DNA from: Lytechinus pictus
Taxonomy: Eukaryota
Direction: 5' to 3'
Length of the DNA: 64,000 bases
NCBI RefSeq assembly: GCF_037042905.1
Contig: NC_087252.1
Span: 27,592,001 to 27,656,000, forward strand
The notes under the pieces are model-generated. The model ran no database searches, had not been told where the DNA came from, and saw only the letters and a list, made by a program, of their open reading frames with translations. Shown one piece after another: positions 37,990 through 49,916 of this stretch (within the stretch, counting starts at the first letter, position 1; every line of letters starts with the position of its first letter). The position numbers and the translations under genes are program-made.

Positions 37990-38777
37990 ACTTATAAAGC
38001 TTTCTTCCCTGATTCTTCTGTTCATTTTTCTTTCTTTCCTCCTTTTAAAATTTTCTTCCTTCATTCTCTCTTTACTTAAACTTTTCTTTGCTTCCTTCTC
38101 CCTTCATCTCCTTTTCGTTCATTCTCTCCATTATCTTCTTTTTCATTCTCTCCTCCTTTCATTCCTTCCTCCCTCTCTTTCATCCTTTCCTTCCTTCTAA
38201 TTTGTTCCCCTTTATTTTTTCTTTCCCTTCCTTCCTCTCTTCATGTTTTTCTTTCTTTGTTTCTTTCAAAGAATGAAGAAAACATTTTCTTTCCTTCATT
38301 CACTCTTTCTTTCTTCCGCCTTACTCACTTTCTTTTTTGCTTTCTCTCCTTTATTTTGTTTCTTTCACACATCTTCCCTTCCTTCCTTCCTTTCTTTTTC
38401 TTTCATTCTTTATTCATTTCAAAGAATGACGGAAACCCTTTTTCTTTCTTGTATTCTTTCTTTCATCCATCTTTTATTCTAACATTCTTTTATTTTTTAT
38501 ATTTTTTCCTTTATTTTATTTACTTCATTTCCCCCTTCACTGTCTTTCTTTCCTCTCAATTCATCCATTTTTTTTCCTCATTTCTTTCTCTCGATCCTTC
38601 ATTCTTTCGTTCACCCTCCCTTCCTTTTCTTTATATATATTTTTTTACAAGTCTAGCATTGTGTAGCATTCTTTGTTGAATTTTTTTTTTAGACCTGGCT
38701 CGGTCGATCCGCTCGTGTAGATGTAGTGTGCTTTGTCGATTGTCACGTATTTCAATTTGTGAAATCTGGTCACCCTG
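37990..38777. mobile_element. Right portion of the CAGGGTGACCAGA element family (CT-rich)
   Basis: Ends GTGAAATCTGGTCACCCTG and shares TTCAAAGAATGA and AAGAATGACGGAAACC blocks with 55300-56033. Confidence 0.65.
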
Positions 38778-40197
38778 CATGGCGTCATATTGACGTACAG
38801 AGCCGAACATGCCGAAGCCGAGGGGATGCCACGGCCGGCATGGCCGGAGCCAGAAGATGAAGTCTCTCAGCTCAGCAGAGCATATCCCTGACACTGACAG
38901 AAATAGACATGATCGCATGTCATAAGATGGTCGAATTTCGCAAACAGGGTAAAAATTGTCAAAAAAGTTATTTTTTTTATGAAATAGGTATTACAATTCT
39001 TCAAATAAAGATGGAGGATTTTATAAATGACTTCTTAAACCACTCTTGAGAAAGTAAATACTTTGGGAAGGCATTTCATTGATCTGAAATGTGATTTTTT
39101 TCCCCAACATTTTGGCAAATATAGGGAAGGACTTTTCTCACACTTTTTTTCCAGATATAATTTTTGCCGTTTTCTTTTTTTTTTTCCTTTCATTTTTTTT
39201 TGACAGTGGTTAAACCATTTATACCCCTTCCCATTGAATATGCCTGATTAAAAAATATGTTTCTACTGAAAATAAAATAATACAAACTAAAGGATATAAG
39301 AATAAAAATGTGCCATTCCCAACTTGAAAAGTAAGTGAAAATTATTTGCTTGGCTTTTAATTATATTCCAGTCAGAATAGACTATTGCCACAGCTGTTAA
39401 AAAATGTATGTAATGGCTTCTTAATTTTCCCCTTTTCCCCATTTTTTTATTAACTTTGTTTTATTAATTTTTTTTCATTTTCTTTTCTTTTTTCTCTCTA
39501 ATTTTTCTTTTCTTTTTTTCCCTGTTCTTTGTTTTTTCTTTCTTCATTTTCTTTCTTTTGTTTTATTTCACTAATTTCTTTTATTTTTGTTTTCTTTTTG
39601 TAATATACTTTTTGAAAATTATTTTCGTTTGTTTCCCACTTTTATGCATTGTTCTAATTTTGCAGCATATTTTTCTGTGATTTTCTCCTTCTACAATATG
39701 CTGCAAAAGAGAAAACAGAAATAAACTGGATTTGGGGCATGCATATTCTAGGTTTTAGGATTCAAAGAGAAAGGAAGGAAAAACCATTGTTTTGTACATG
39801 TACATCTATCTGAATTTGCTAGGCACTATTTATTTACTTTACCATTATCTCTATACAGAGATTAAAAAAAAAGTCCTCACAACCTGCGAACAACAATTAA
39901 TTTATTCTCTTTCAATCATTTCATTTTTACAACGATAGAAACATTTATCAATTAGCAAAGTAAAATAACAGCAAACAAGGTTTACATGTATAAAGTAAAA
40001 GTAACATAGTGGTAGTGGCTGCAGAATTAATATTTCAGAAGTTTGTTTTATTCATTTTTAATGTTTTTCTTTATATTTTTCGGGCCACCAAACTTTAATA
40101 TCGGGCCAGCAAAAAAAAAAATTTGATGGTTTTGGTGGCCCGAACGGGCCACCACCAAAAAAAGTTAATGTGGAGCCTTGGTTATAGGTATAGTGAG

Positions 40198-40796
40198 TGA
40201 TTGTATTACCGACCGGCCTTGTATTACCGAACGCGCGCATCGTACGCATCAGAAAATAATTTCATACGCTCAATTCTTTGCAACATCCTTCCAAAGGGAA
40301 CTTGAATAGAAAGATGATGAAAAATGGTCAAAAACACATTTTCAAAGTCTTAATATTCTAAAAATAATCAAATATGGTAAAAACAGCTATTAAATAGTAA
40401 TCAGTGATTTTGTTGTTTTCTCAACTTTTCCCATAAAAAAACACACGTTCGGTAATACGATACCTTTTTCAAGTGACCAAAATATTTCACATGCGGAGAG
40501 GGGTCTGATTGTCCGAACTGGAAGCTAATAAATATCGTCAAAAGGAAAAACGATTTCGTCAAATTTCTTATAATTTTACATATTTATATTTTGTAGGTAA
40601 TTGTGTATTTATATGGCAACTTCACCAGCTCTAACAACTCTTAGGAAGTGTCTACATTTTTCAACTGTTACCAGCGATCTCCGACCTTAACGGAGGAAGG
40701 ATACAAGAGAGAGAGAGGTTAAAGTTTGGTGAATTTTATGAGAATAATGTTTTTGATATGATTGAATTCATGAAAAGTGTTCGGTAATACGATCCA
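40198..40796. mobile_element. Probable MITE
   Basis: TTGTATTACCGA occurs twice at the left; inverted TTCGGTAATACGAT at about 40448 and 40780. Confidence 0.5.
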
Positions 40797-41478
40797 TTAT
40801 AAAATAGCTGTATTATTTCAAGCATCGCGATTGGTCAATACGCGTCACATGACATCCAACTTTTTTGTGCACTGCACGGTAGTGCAAAAGGTGTGCAACA
40901 AAAATTGACATTGCACGCTCAAGCAAACCAGTGCGGTAGAAGTAATGTTGTAAATCGGATCAAAAATCAGATCGAAAATCGGATCGGCAGTTAAGCTTCT
41001 AAAATCGAAATCGAATCGAAAATCGAATCGGCGATGTTTAAAAACAAAGGAATACATCAAAATGTTGTTCGCGGTCGCGCGCATCTTCCTGACAATGCAT
41101 TGGAATGGAAGTCGCCAACATGCGCGATCGTTTGGAACATGTTTTAAAGCCAGGGGTTTTGAGGTGTTATAGCTTTAAAATAAACCAAGTGATTTTTATT
41201 AGAAAGATAAACGAAAGACGCATCTTCCGAGCAAAGGCGCAAAGGAAAATAAAATGAAAATATTTCTCATAGATCACAGGTTAATGAACGATCGGCGGGA
41301 CATCTTTTAGAAGTATTTTTAGGTGCTAGCGATTTAGAATTATTGGAATGATCTCTTACGACGCATCATCTTAAAGTCGCAAGTGCAATTAAAATGAAGT
41401 AGAAGACGCAAGCACGCACGATGATTTGAAATATGTTATTAAAATGTTTTGGGTAGCTAGCGTTTTCAAATCAATTTG

Positions 41479-42842
41479 AAGTTCACGGCGGGGTCCGCTA
41501 TCACCACGAGGTTGAAGAGAAGATTTATATCATTATAAAGGGGGTAAGAGAGTAGCGCAGTGAGCTCCGTCAATAGTACAGTCTTTAAAAGTTTATGGCG
41601 GGGTCCGCTATCACCACGAGGTTGAAGAGAAGATTTATATAATTATAAACGATGTAAGAGAGTAACGCAATGAGCTCCGTCAGTAGCACGATCTTTAAAA
41701 GTTCACGGCGGGGTCCGCTATCACCACGAGGTTGAAAATAAAATGTATATCATCATAAATGATGTAAGACAGTAACGCAATAAGCTCCGTCAATAGTACA
41801 GTCTTTAAAAGTTTATGGCGGGGTCCGCTATCACCACGAGGTTGAAGAGAAGATTTATATCATTATAAAGGGGGTAAGAGAGTAACGCAATAAGCTCCGT
41901 CAGTAGCACGATCTTTCAAAGTTCACGGCGGCTTCCGCTATCACCACGAGGTTGAAAATAAAATTAATATCATCATAAACGATGTAAGAGAGCAACGCAA
42001 TAAGCTCCGTCAATAGTACAGTCTTTAAAAGTTTATGGCGGGGTCCGCTATCACCACGAGGTTGAAGAGAAGATTTATATCATTATAAACGATGTAAGAG
42101 AGTAACGCAATGAGCTCCGTCAGTAGCACGATCTTTAAAAGTTCACGGCGGGGTCCGCTATCACCACGAGGTTGAAAATAAAATGTATATCATCATAAAT
42201 GATGTAAGACAGTAACGCAATAAGCTCCGTCAATAGTACAGTCTTTAAAAGTTTATGGCGGGGTCCGCTATCACCACGAGGTTGAAGAGAAGATTTATAT
42301 CATTATAAAGGGGGTAAGAGAGTAACGCAATAAGCTCCGTCAGTAGCACGATCTTTAAAAGTTCACGGCGGGGTCCGCAATCACCACGAGGTTGAAAATA
42401 AAATGTAAATCATCATAAACGATGTAAGAGAGTAACGCAATAAGCTCCGTCAGTAGCACGATCTTTAAAAGTTCACGGCGGGGTCCGCTATCACCACGAG
42501 GTTGAAAATAAAATGTATATCATCATAAATGATGTAAGACAGTAACGCAATAAGCTCCGTCAATAGTACAGTCTTTAAAAGTTTATGGCGGGGTCCGCTA
42601 TCACCACGAGGTTGAAGAGAAGATTTATATCATTATAAAGGGGGTAAGAGAGTAGCGCAGTGAGCTCCGTCGGTAATACGACCTTTCGAAGTTCACGGCG
42701 GCATCCGCTATCACCACGAGGTTGAAAATAAAATGTATATAATCATAAACGATGTAAGAGAGTAACGCAGTGAGCTCCATCGGTAATACGACCTTTCAAA
42801 GTTCACGGCGGCATCCGCTATCACCATGAGTTGGAAGAGAAG
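41479..42842. repeat. 110-bp tandem satellite, about 12.4 units with alternating variants
   Basis: Unit starts at 41481+110n through 42801, each with GGCGGGGTCCGCTATCACCACGAGGTTGAA or a close variant. Confidence 0.97.
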
Positions 42843-45094
42843 CGGAAGAGAAGATATCTATCATCTTAAACATCGCCATAGATAATACCGCGTCTTTCTC
42901 CCTGAATAATGCGTCCTCTAAATAGCTAGCACCTCAAAAACAATCACGCACTGTAACCAGATCTACGCCGATTTTTTATTTTCGATTTTTTCCTTCAAGG
43001 GGCATGATCGAAGATCGGCAAGTGATTGCCGATTGTGGTGAAATCGAATGGAATCGGTTGCCGATTGCAAAATCGGTTACAAGCTTAGGTAGAAGTCCAA
43101 CAAAACTGTACTGTAACTTTAAAAAAAATTGTTTCTGTGTTGCTATTTTATAAAACAAATAATGCACTTGCTCTGTCGTGCGTAAAAGTAAATGCAGAGA
43201 AAGCTCGGTTTCTTCAGATGGAGCACACTGGGCACTCGCCGCAAGCGGCTCGTGCACAGTGCGACACCTAGGTCTATCTAAAGAAACCTCGCGTGCTCTG
43301 CATTTCCACTAACGCACTCGGCTGCATGCATTATTTGTATACTAGGCACTACCATACTTGGCTGAGCCTGAGGCCTACGGCTACGCTGAGCCTTTTCTGT
43401 GGTCGTCGACTAACCTCGCACTTAGGCGTATGCTTGCATGCTTTAAATAGCGACTCAGCTTATGTGCAATTCGGTAACATCCATCACAAAAACATGATGA
43501 TTCGTACTCGCTTACGTGCATTAAAATTTGGATGTGTCACCAGGTGGGTTGGTACGGTACCGTAAAACATCCGCCTGAAAAAAAAAATGCGTGAAATGCA
43601 AACATTAAACTTGCCTTTTAATTCACCAAATCTTCAATCTTCGAATATAGAATAGCTCTCGAGCTCTCCAAGGTCCAAGTACCGTAAAAAATACCGTAAT
43701 TGCGGTCAGCAAAAAGCTAAGGAAGGCAAGCAAGGCCAAAAAAGACGGTTGATCATGCGCCCTCTTCCTTTTGTCTGGCTTGCTTTGTGCGGCTGCGGTG
43801 CGTGCGCGCCGGCGCGGCCGCCGCGGCCGGAGAAATTTCCTCAAATTTCGAGGAATTCTACTACGCTGAGCCAAGACTAATTCTAGCCAAAATTATCGAA
43901 ATTTCAACAAGGCCAAGCACTTAAAAGGATCAACCAGTGGTTGCAGCTACCACAGGTTTTTTAGGTATGTACAATATACACCAGTCGGTGGACTGTACCG
44001 TACTTTATAAGAAGAAGAAAAAGAAGAAGTCGTTCAATAACAACAGTGACTCGGGTACAAACGGTGACGCGTGCGTTCACGAGTGCATGTAATTCTTTAT
44101 GCATACACATACCAATGGGGGAGTCAAAATTCTGTGACTTACTCGTTCAATTTGTGCAAGAGCAATATCCCTTGGTATACTGTGCAAGGGTAAAGCGAAC
44201 ATAGCATAGCCATAGGACAGGAGGTGGCTAGATCAGAGTAGGGTGTCTGGACGATCAAACAATAGTCTCACTCTCAGTCTCAGCGATAGCTGCGGGAGTC
44301 TCTGCCCATACCGTACGGTACTTCTTGGCAAGTTCTTCTTTGTTGTTCTTCCGGCTATCTGCAGGTTGGTTGTTGTGTTGAAGTAATTTCTCTAACTCTA
44401 AGACTAAGGCTATTCAATAGTATTAAAGCGAATGATGAATTTTAATACCTAATAATACACGCACGTCAATGCGCGTCGCGTACTAAAGCGAAAATGGCAC
44501 ACACTTTTTTAATACAAGGTCCCCTTTGAAAGCTCAGAAAATTGTGATCTGATCATTTTTTTTCAAACAAAAATGATATGGTTCGAAAGGGAATTAAATT
44601 TCCTATAATGCTCATAAGGACAAGTTTTCTCTTATAATATTATGAAGTAAAGATAATACAAAATTGCGACAGCACAGCAATTGAGGGTGCTACAAACTTT
44701 CTTAAATATTTCCGGGATCGCTGATTTCGATGGTGCACTCAGTTTTGGGCTGATTACACAAGATCACAATGCAAAATCAATTTGGAAATACCCTTGTGCA
44801 GACAAGCGAAATCTAGAGGCCTGCGTGGCGTACTCGTCTATTTTCTTGACAACGAAGCCATACGTAGAGCGCGTAAATCCCAAATTAATTTGCATCGTAT
44901 GCAAATTCGCGGCAAGCCGTCCACGTGAGCACAAGCGCGCGAGTTTTAAAACACATGAGTGAATGGGGAGCCCGCATGACTTCGACTTGGTGTGTGAATG
45001 TCTGTGTGTGGAGGTGGAACACGTACGTTGGCTATGATGAGAATTACCATGCGGTTGTGTTTGTTGTGTGTGCATTCATTGGCGATGTGTTTAA

Positions 45095-45382
45095 AGGCTA
45101 AGTCCACCTCAGAAAAATGTTGATTTGAATCAATAAAGAAAAATCAAACAAGCACAATGCTTGAAATACAAAAGAAATATTGAGTGAGTAATGTCATCTG
45201 TTCCTCATTTACATACCGACCGAGATGTGCATATAGGAACTGTTTTGTGAAATGAAGGGAAACTTTAAAATGCCATAACTTTCTTATTTTACTTCCGATT
45301 TTGATGACATTTTCAGTGCTATGCTTGTTGAATTTTTTCTCTTTTAATTCAAATCAAGTTTTTGTTGGGGTGGACTTGTCCT
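45095..45382. mobile_element. Internally deleted Kolobok-like MITE
   Basis: Same TIR family, TTAA on both sides. Confidence 0.8.
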
Positions 45383-48300
45383 TTAACGTTGAGATTTTTA
45401 TGTTCATATCATTTGTGCATGTTTTGTGTAGAGGATTTCCCTACCCGACTGCTCTATATTTATGTCAATTTCACTCTTTATATCGAGTGTGTTGTTCTTC
45501 AAGCATCCACTGATTTGTACATCGAGTGTGATGTAATCGCGCTTCGCGAGGTCTTTGCTTCTCGGATCATCAATATTTCGTGATATATCATCCATTTCTT
45601 TGATATTTTGTGGCTGTGCTACTCCGGTTTTCTCCTCCCACGTTCTTCTTCTACCCACCCAAGTACCAGCCCGTTACTCAGCCTCGTACATGTACTTCCG
45701 CAAGTCCACACCGTACCGTTCATGCAACTGCATGTCAATAAAATAGGTTTTGTCTCTCGAATTATGTATAGATTAATCCGATCCTGTGTGTTTAATCTTG
45801 CAAAAAAATTTGACTTGCCAGTACTCCAAGTGATATAATCCGTAATACCATGTCCGATTCACGTTCATTTGCAACCTCCTGTTACAATGACAGGCCCCAA
45901 AAAGATACCGGTACATGAATCAAGCATTTTTTTTATTATTATGATGCCAAGCAGCAAAGACCTTGCGATGATATGAGTCACGGCAGCACTGTCTGCTGGC
46001 GTTTGTAAATATGTTTCAAAACAATACATCGTCAATTGCATCTTGGTAATTTGAAGAGAAAGAGCGAAAAAAATGTAATCAGGGGAAGGGCAATGAAAAA
46101 ACAACTGAGTTAGAAACACTGTCAGAAGTAGGGCCATATTGTGATCATTTGGGTATTTACGAGGGGGATGTGCAGGCCGTGCTGTGTGTGGAGTATGATA
46201 GGGAGAAGATAGGATGGGAGAGCCTCACGAACGGCGCTGTCCTAGAATTATTTTTATGGGGAAGAAAGAGAGATTTGACGACTGGACAATTCAAGATTCT
46301 ATTAGAAGGTTTTTTTTATGTTGATACGACGCTCCTCTCCAATCAGAATTTGTACAAAAAGATAAGAAGTTTGTGTGATAATGTAAGAAAGAACAAGAAA
46401 AGAGTGAACAAGAATGAAGGTATAATAGAAGATATGTTTGTGTTCATTAGACAAGAAATGAAAAAGAACCAGAAAAAAATATAAGAATAGAATTCAGAAA
46501 GAGTACTGTTTCAAGGGTGTGCCGTCAGTGTAGACGGAACTCTGTTCGACCTCGTCAGAGAAGTGGATTTAAAGTAGATACGTTATATGAAGAAAGGTTT
46601 AAGGTTGAAAAAAAAATTGAAAAAAGAAAAAAAGAAAAAATAGATGCAGGCAGTGTAAGGTTTGTAAAGGCATGTGCCAAAAATAGGAATATAAAGAAGC
46701 GGAATGATAGGATGTTAAAGGCGTTGAAAGTTAGAAAAGAAACCATCATAAGATTGAATATAGAATTGTGCAAAAAAAAGGAAAGTAATTCACTGGTCTC
46801 GAGAAGAGAATATTCATGCTTAAAAAAATTGTGAGAAGAGACGGTGACTTAGTAAGACGAAGGCAACAGAGCCGAAGTTATTTGAAAGCGAAGAACAAGA
46901 TTAATTACATGCCTAGAAAAGAAAACAATTGAATGAAAAAGAAAATGGAGAAAATGACTGGGAAGATCAACAAATTAGAAGAAAGATTGAAGGCCGATTT
47001 GCACGTTGTTGAGTTAAAGGAAGGAGGGAGATACAGTGATGAAGTTCGTTCAGTTACAAGAGTTAGTTTGTTCAATGGGTGTTAGTACTAGGAAAGGTGG
47101 TGAGCATGTGAAAACTGTACTAGAAGGGCTCTGTCATGTAAATAAGTAAATATTAAGTCTGTACCAAAGAAGGATTTTGGATCAGCTATGTATATGGAAG
47201 CCAGAGCGCTCAGTTTAATACAAGCGGCAAATAAAATCTTAGATGAGAAGGAGGTTGATACATGTATGACAGTTGGAGGAGATGGTACTACCAAGTATGG
47301 TCATCACTATGGGGCGTATGATATTCATTTAAAAGTCAAGTCCACCCCAGCAAAATGTTGATTTGAATAAATGGAGAAAAATCAAACTAGCATTAACACT
47401 GACAATTTCATCAAAATCGGATGTAAAATAAGAAAGTTATGGCATTTTAAAGTTTCGCTTATTTTTCACAAAACAGTGATATGCACAACTGAGTGACATG
47501 CAAATGTATCAGTCGATGATGTCCATCACTCACTATTTCTTTTGTTTTTTATTGTTTGAATTCTACAATATTTCATTTTTTACAGATATGTCTGACCATA
47601 GGGACCGACTTGACCAGGGTTGTAATAAAAAATGTTTTTTATAGAAAAAAAAAAAGTTTTTTATTGTTTTAAAACAACTTAAATCGTTTTAAAACATTTA
47701 TTTCCCAACGAACGTTGAAATTTTCTGTAAATCAATTAAACTATACACTTAATACAGTACAATTTAAGCTCTTGATGTTTTAAATACATTTTTGGTGTAA
47801 GTAAGATATAACTACACTTTTTGTTACTGAATTTCAAATAAAAAGTTTATATTTTCCCCCAAATCATTTAATCATTGAAATTGAATGCAAAAAAGTAAGT
47901 TGACATTTTATAAGTTTATTCCTCATATATCTACATACTTTTGAGTCTTGTCAATCTAAGGGGTGGGAAGAATTTGCACAATGTAAGAAAATGATGTCAT
48001 CTATATAGACTATGGGCGTTCAAATCTTGATTTTATTTAAGCAATATGCTTATTTCATTTTTAAGCAATTATAACAATTTTAGTGCATGAAATATAAGCT
48101 TGGGTATATAAATCTTTAAATATAGCCCTTGAACTGCCTATTTCTTTAATTGAGGAATTCTGATCAAATTTTTTTTTTATGTTTGTTTTTAACTTTTTTT
48201 TTTGATATTTCTTATGTACAGTTTTTTGGTTAGATTTTGTTTTTTTTCGTTTTTTAATGGAAATTATGAGCAATAATTTTCCAATCATGTACAAACATTG

Positions 48301-48531
48301 ATACAGATACAAATGTTGGCGAAAAATTTGCATTGGCTTCATACATGATGATGAAATCACGTTATTGAGCATTTTGGGGTCTGACATGCACTTATGTAAT
48401 ATAATAATCGAATACCAACGCATGCATCCCCAAAATAGCCTTTAAAAATATGGCATGGCCCTGTCGTGCTTATGGATTTATCGTAGATTTTTTTTAGGGG
48501 GCCATTATGGTCCCCTGGGATTGTAGCTTGA

Positions 48532-49058
48532 AGGTCATGTCCACCCCTGTAAAATGTTGATTTCAATCAGAGAAAATTCAAACAAGCATAATGCTGACAA
48601 TTTCATTGAAATCAGATATAAAATAAGTTATGACATTTTAAAGTTTCGCTAATTTTTTACAAAACAGTAATAACGTCTCAGTGATATGCAAATGAGAGAG
48701 TTGATGATGTCCCTCATTCACTTTTTCTTTTGTTTTTTATGTTTGAACAATACAATATCAATTTTTACAGATTGCATAATAATGACTTACTTGACTGAAC
48801 CAAAAATGTTAAAACAACGGTAGTTCCACATGGTCAAGGAGGAATAAACTTTATTTGACATGACAATGAGAAATTAAAGAAATACAAAATAAATAGTGAG
48901 TGATGCCATCAGTCCCCTCAATTGTATACTGACCAAGATGGGCATATAACTGTTTTGCAGAATTAAGCAAAACTTTAAAAATATCATAACTTTATTATTT
49001 TACCGCCGATTTTGACGAAATTTTCATCATGTATATTTCTTGGGGTGAGCCTTGTCCT
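48532..49058. mobile_element. Diverged Kolobok-like MITE nested in the hAT-like element
   Basis: AGGTCATGTCCACCCC...GGGGTGAGCCTTGTCCT; the body resembles 31717-32305. Confidence 0.75.
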
Positions 49059-49312
49059 TCAAGGTTTACTAGCTATCTTATACCGAATTAAAGTACTTTT
49101 CTTCATCTTTACGAAGCGTAAAAGTTTCACCTGCTTTCGTGTGTACCTCAAGAATACAATGTCAGTTTTATAGTCGATTTGTAAAATGTTATTATGCTTG
49201 TGCAACACTTCCATTTCATTCACTACTATTACATATTTTAGCTTTAAATAGTGTTTCTTTCCCTGTCTAAAAAGTGAGCACAACACTCAGATGTTTGTTA
49301 AAATATTCTTAA

Positions 49313-49916
49313 AGGACAAGTCCACCCAAACAAAAACTTAATTTGAATAAAAAGAGAAAAATCAGACAAGCACAATGCTGAAAATTTCATCAAAATCGGA
49401 TGTAAAAAAAGAAAGTTATGATATTTCAAAGTTCCGCTTATTTTTAACAAAACAGTTATATGCAAATCTCGGTCGGTATGTGCAATGAGAAACTGATGAC
49501 ATCACTCACTCATTATTTATTTTGTATTTTATTATATGAAATATGAAATATTTTTATTTTCTCGTCATTGTCATGTGAAATGAAGTTTGATTCCTCCCTG
49601 AACACTTGGAATTCCATTATTTGAATATTCTGTGCTTCAGGCAAGGAGGTCCTAATTGTCAAATTCGTAAAAATTGAAATATTGTATAATTCAAACAATA
49701 AAAAACAAAAGAAATAGTGAGTGAGTGACGTCATCGACTCTCTCATTTGGATGTAATTGGCTCGTTCATATAACTATTTTGTTAAAAATAAGCCGAACTT
49801 TGAAATGTCATAACTTTCTTATTTTACATCCGATTTTGATGAAATTTTCAGCATTGTGCTTGTCTGATTTTTCTCTATTGATTCAAATCAACATTTTTCT
49901 GAGGTGGACTTGACCT
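49313..49916. mobile_element. Kolobok-like MITE nested in the hAT-like element
   Basis: TIR AGGACAAGTCCACC, TTAA on both sides. Confidence 0.85.

Noticed and set aside
37979..38679. Phe/Leu/Ser-rich membrane-like ORFs (also 2188-2865, 22302-22855, 52596-52986, 55090-55979)
   Set aside because: Translations of CT-rich low-complexity DNA that lacks stop codons.
41479..42842. CRISPR array
   Set aside because: The whole 110-bp unit repeats with no unique spacers, there are no cas genes, and the context is eukaryotic.
44312..44500. PRDM non-coding first exon and promoter
   Set aside because: A minus-strand GTATGG donor and a CpG patch are suggestive but too weak to call without transcripts.
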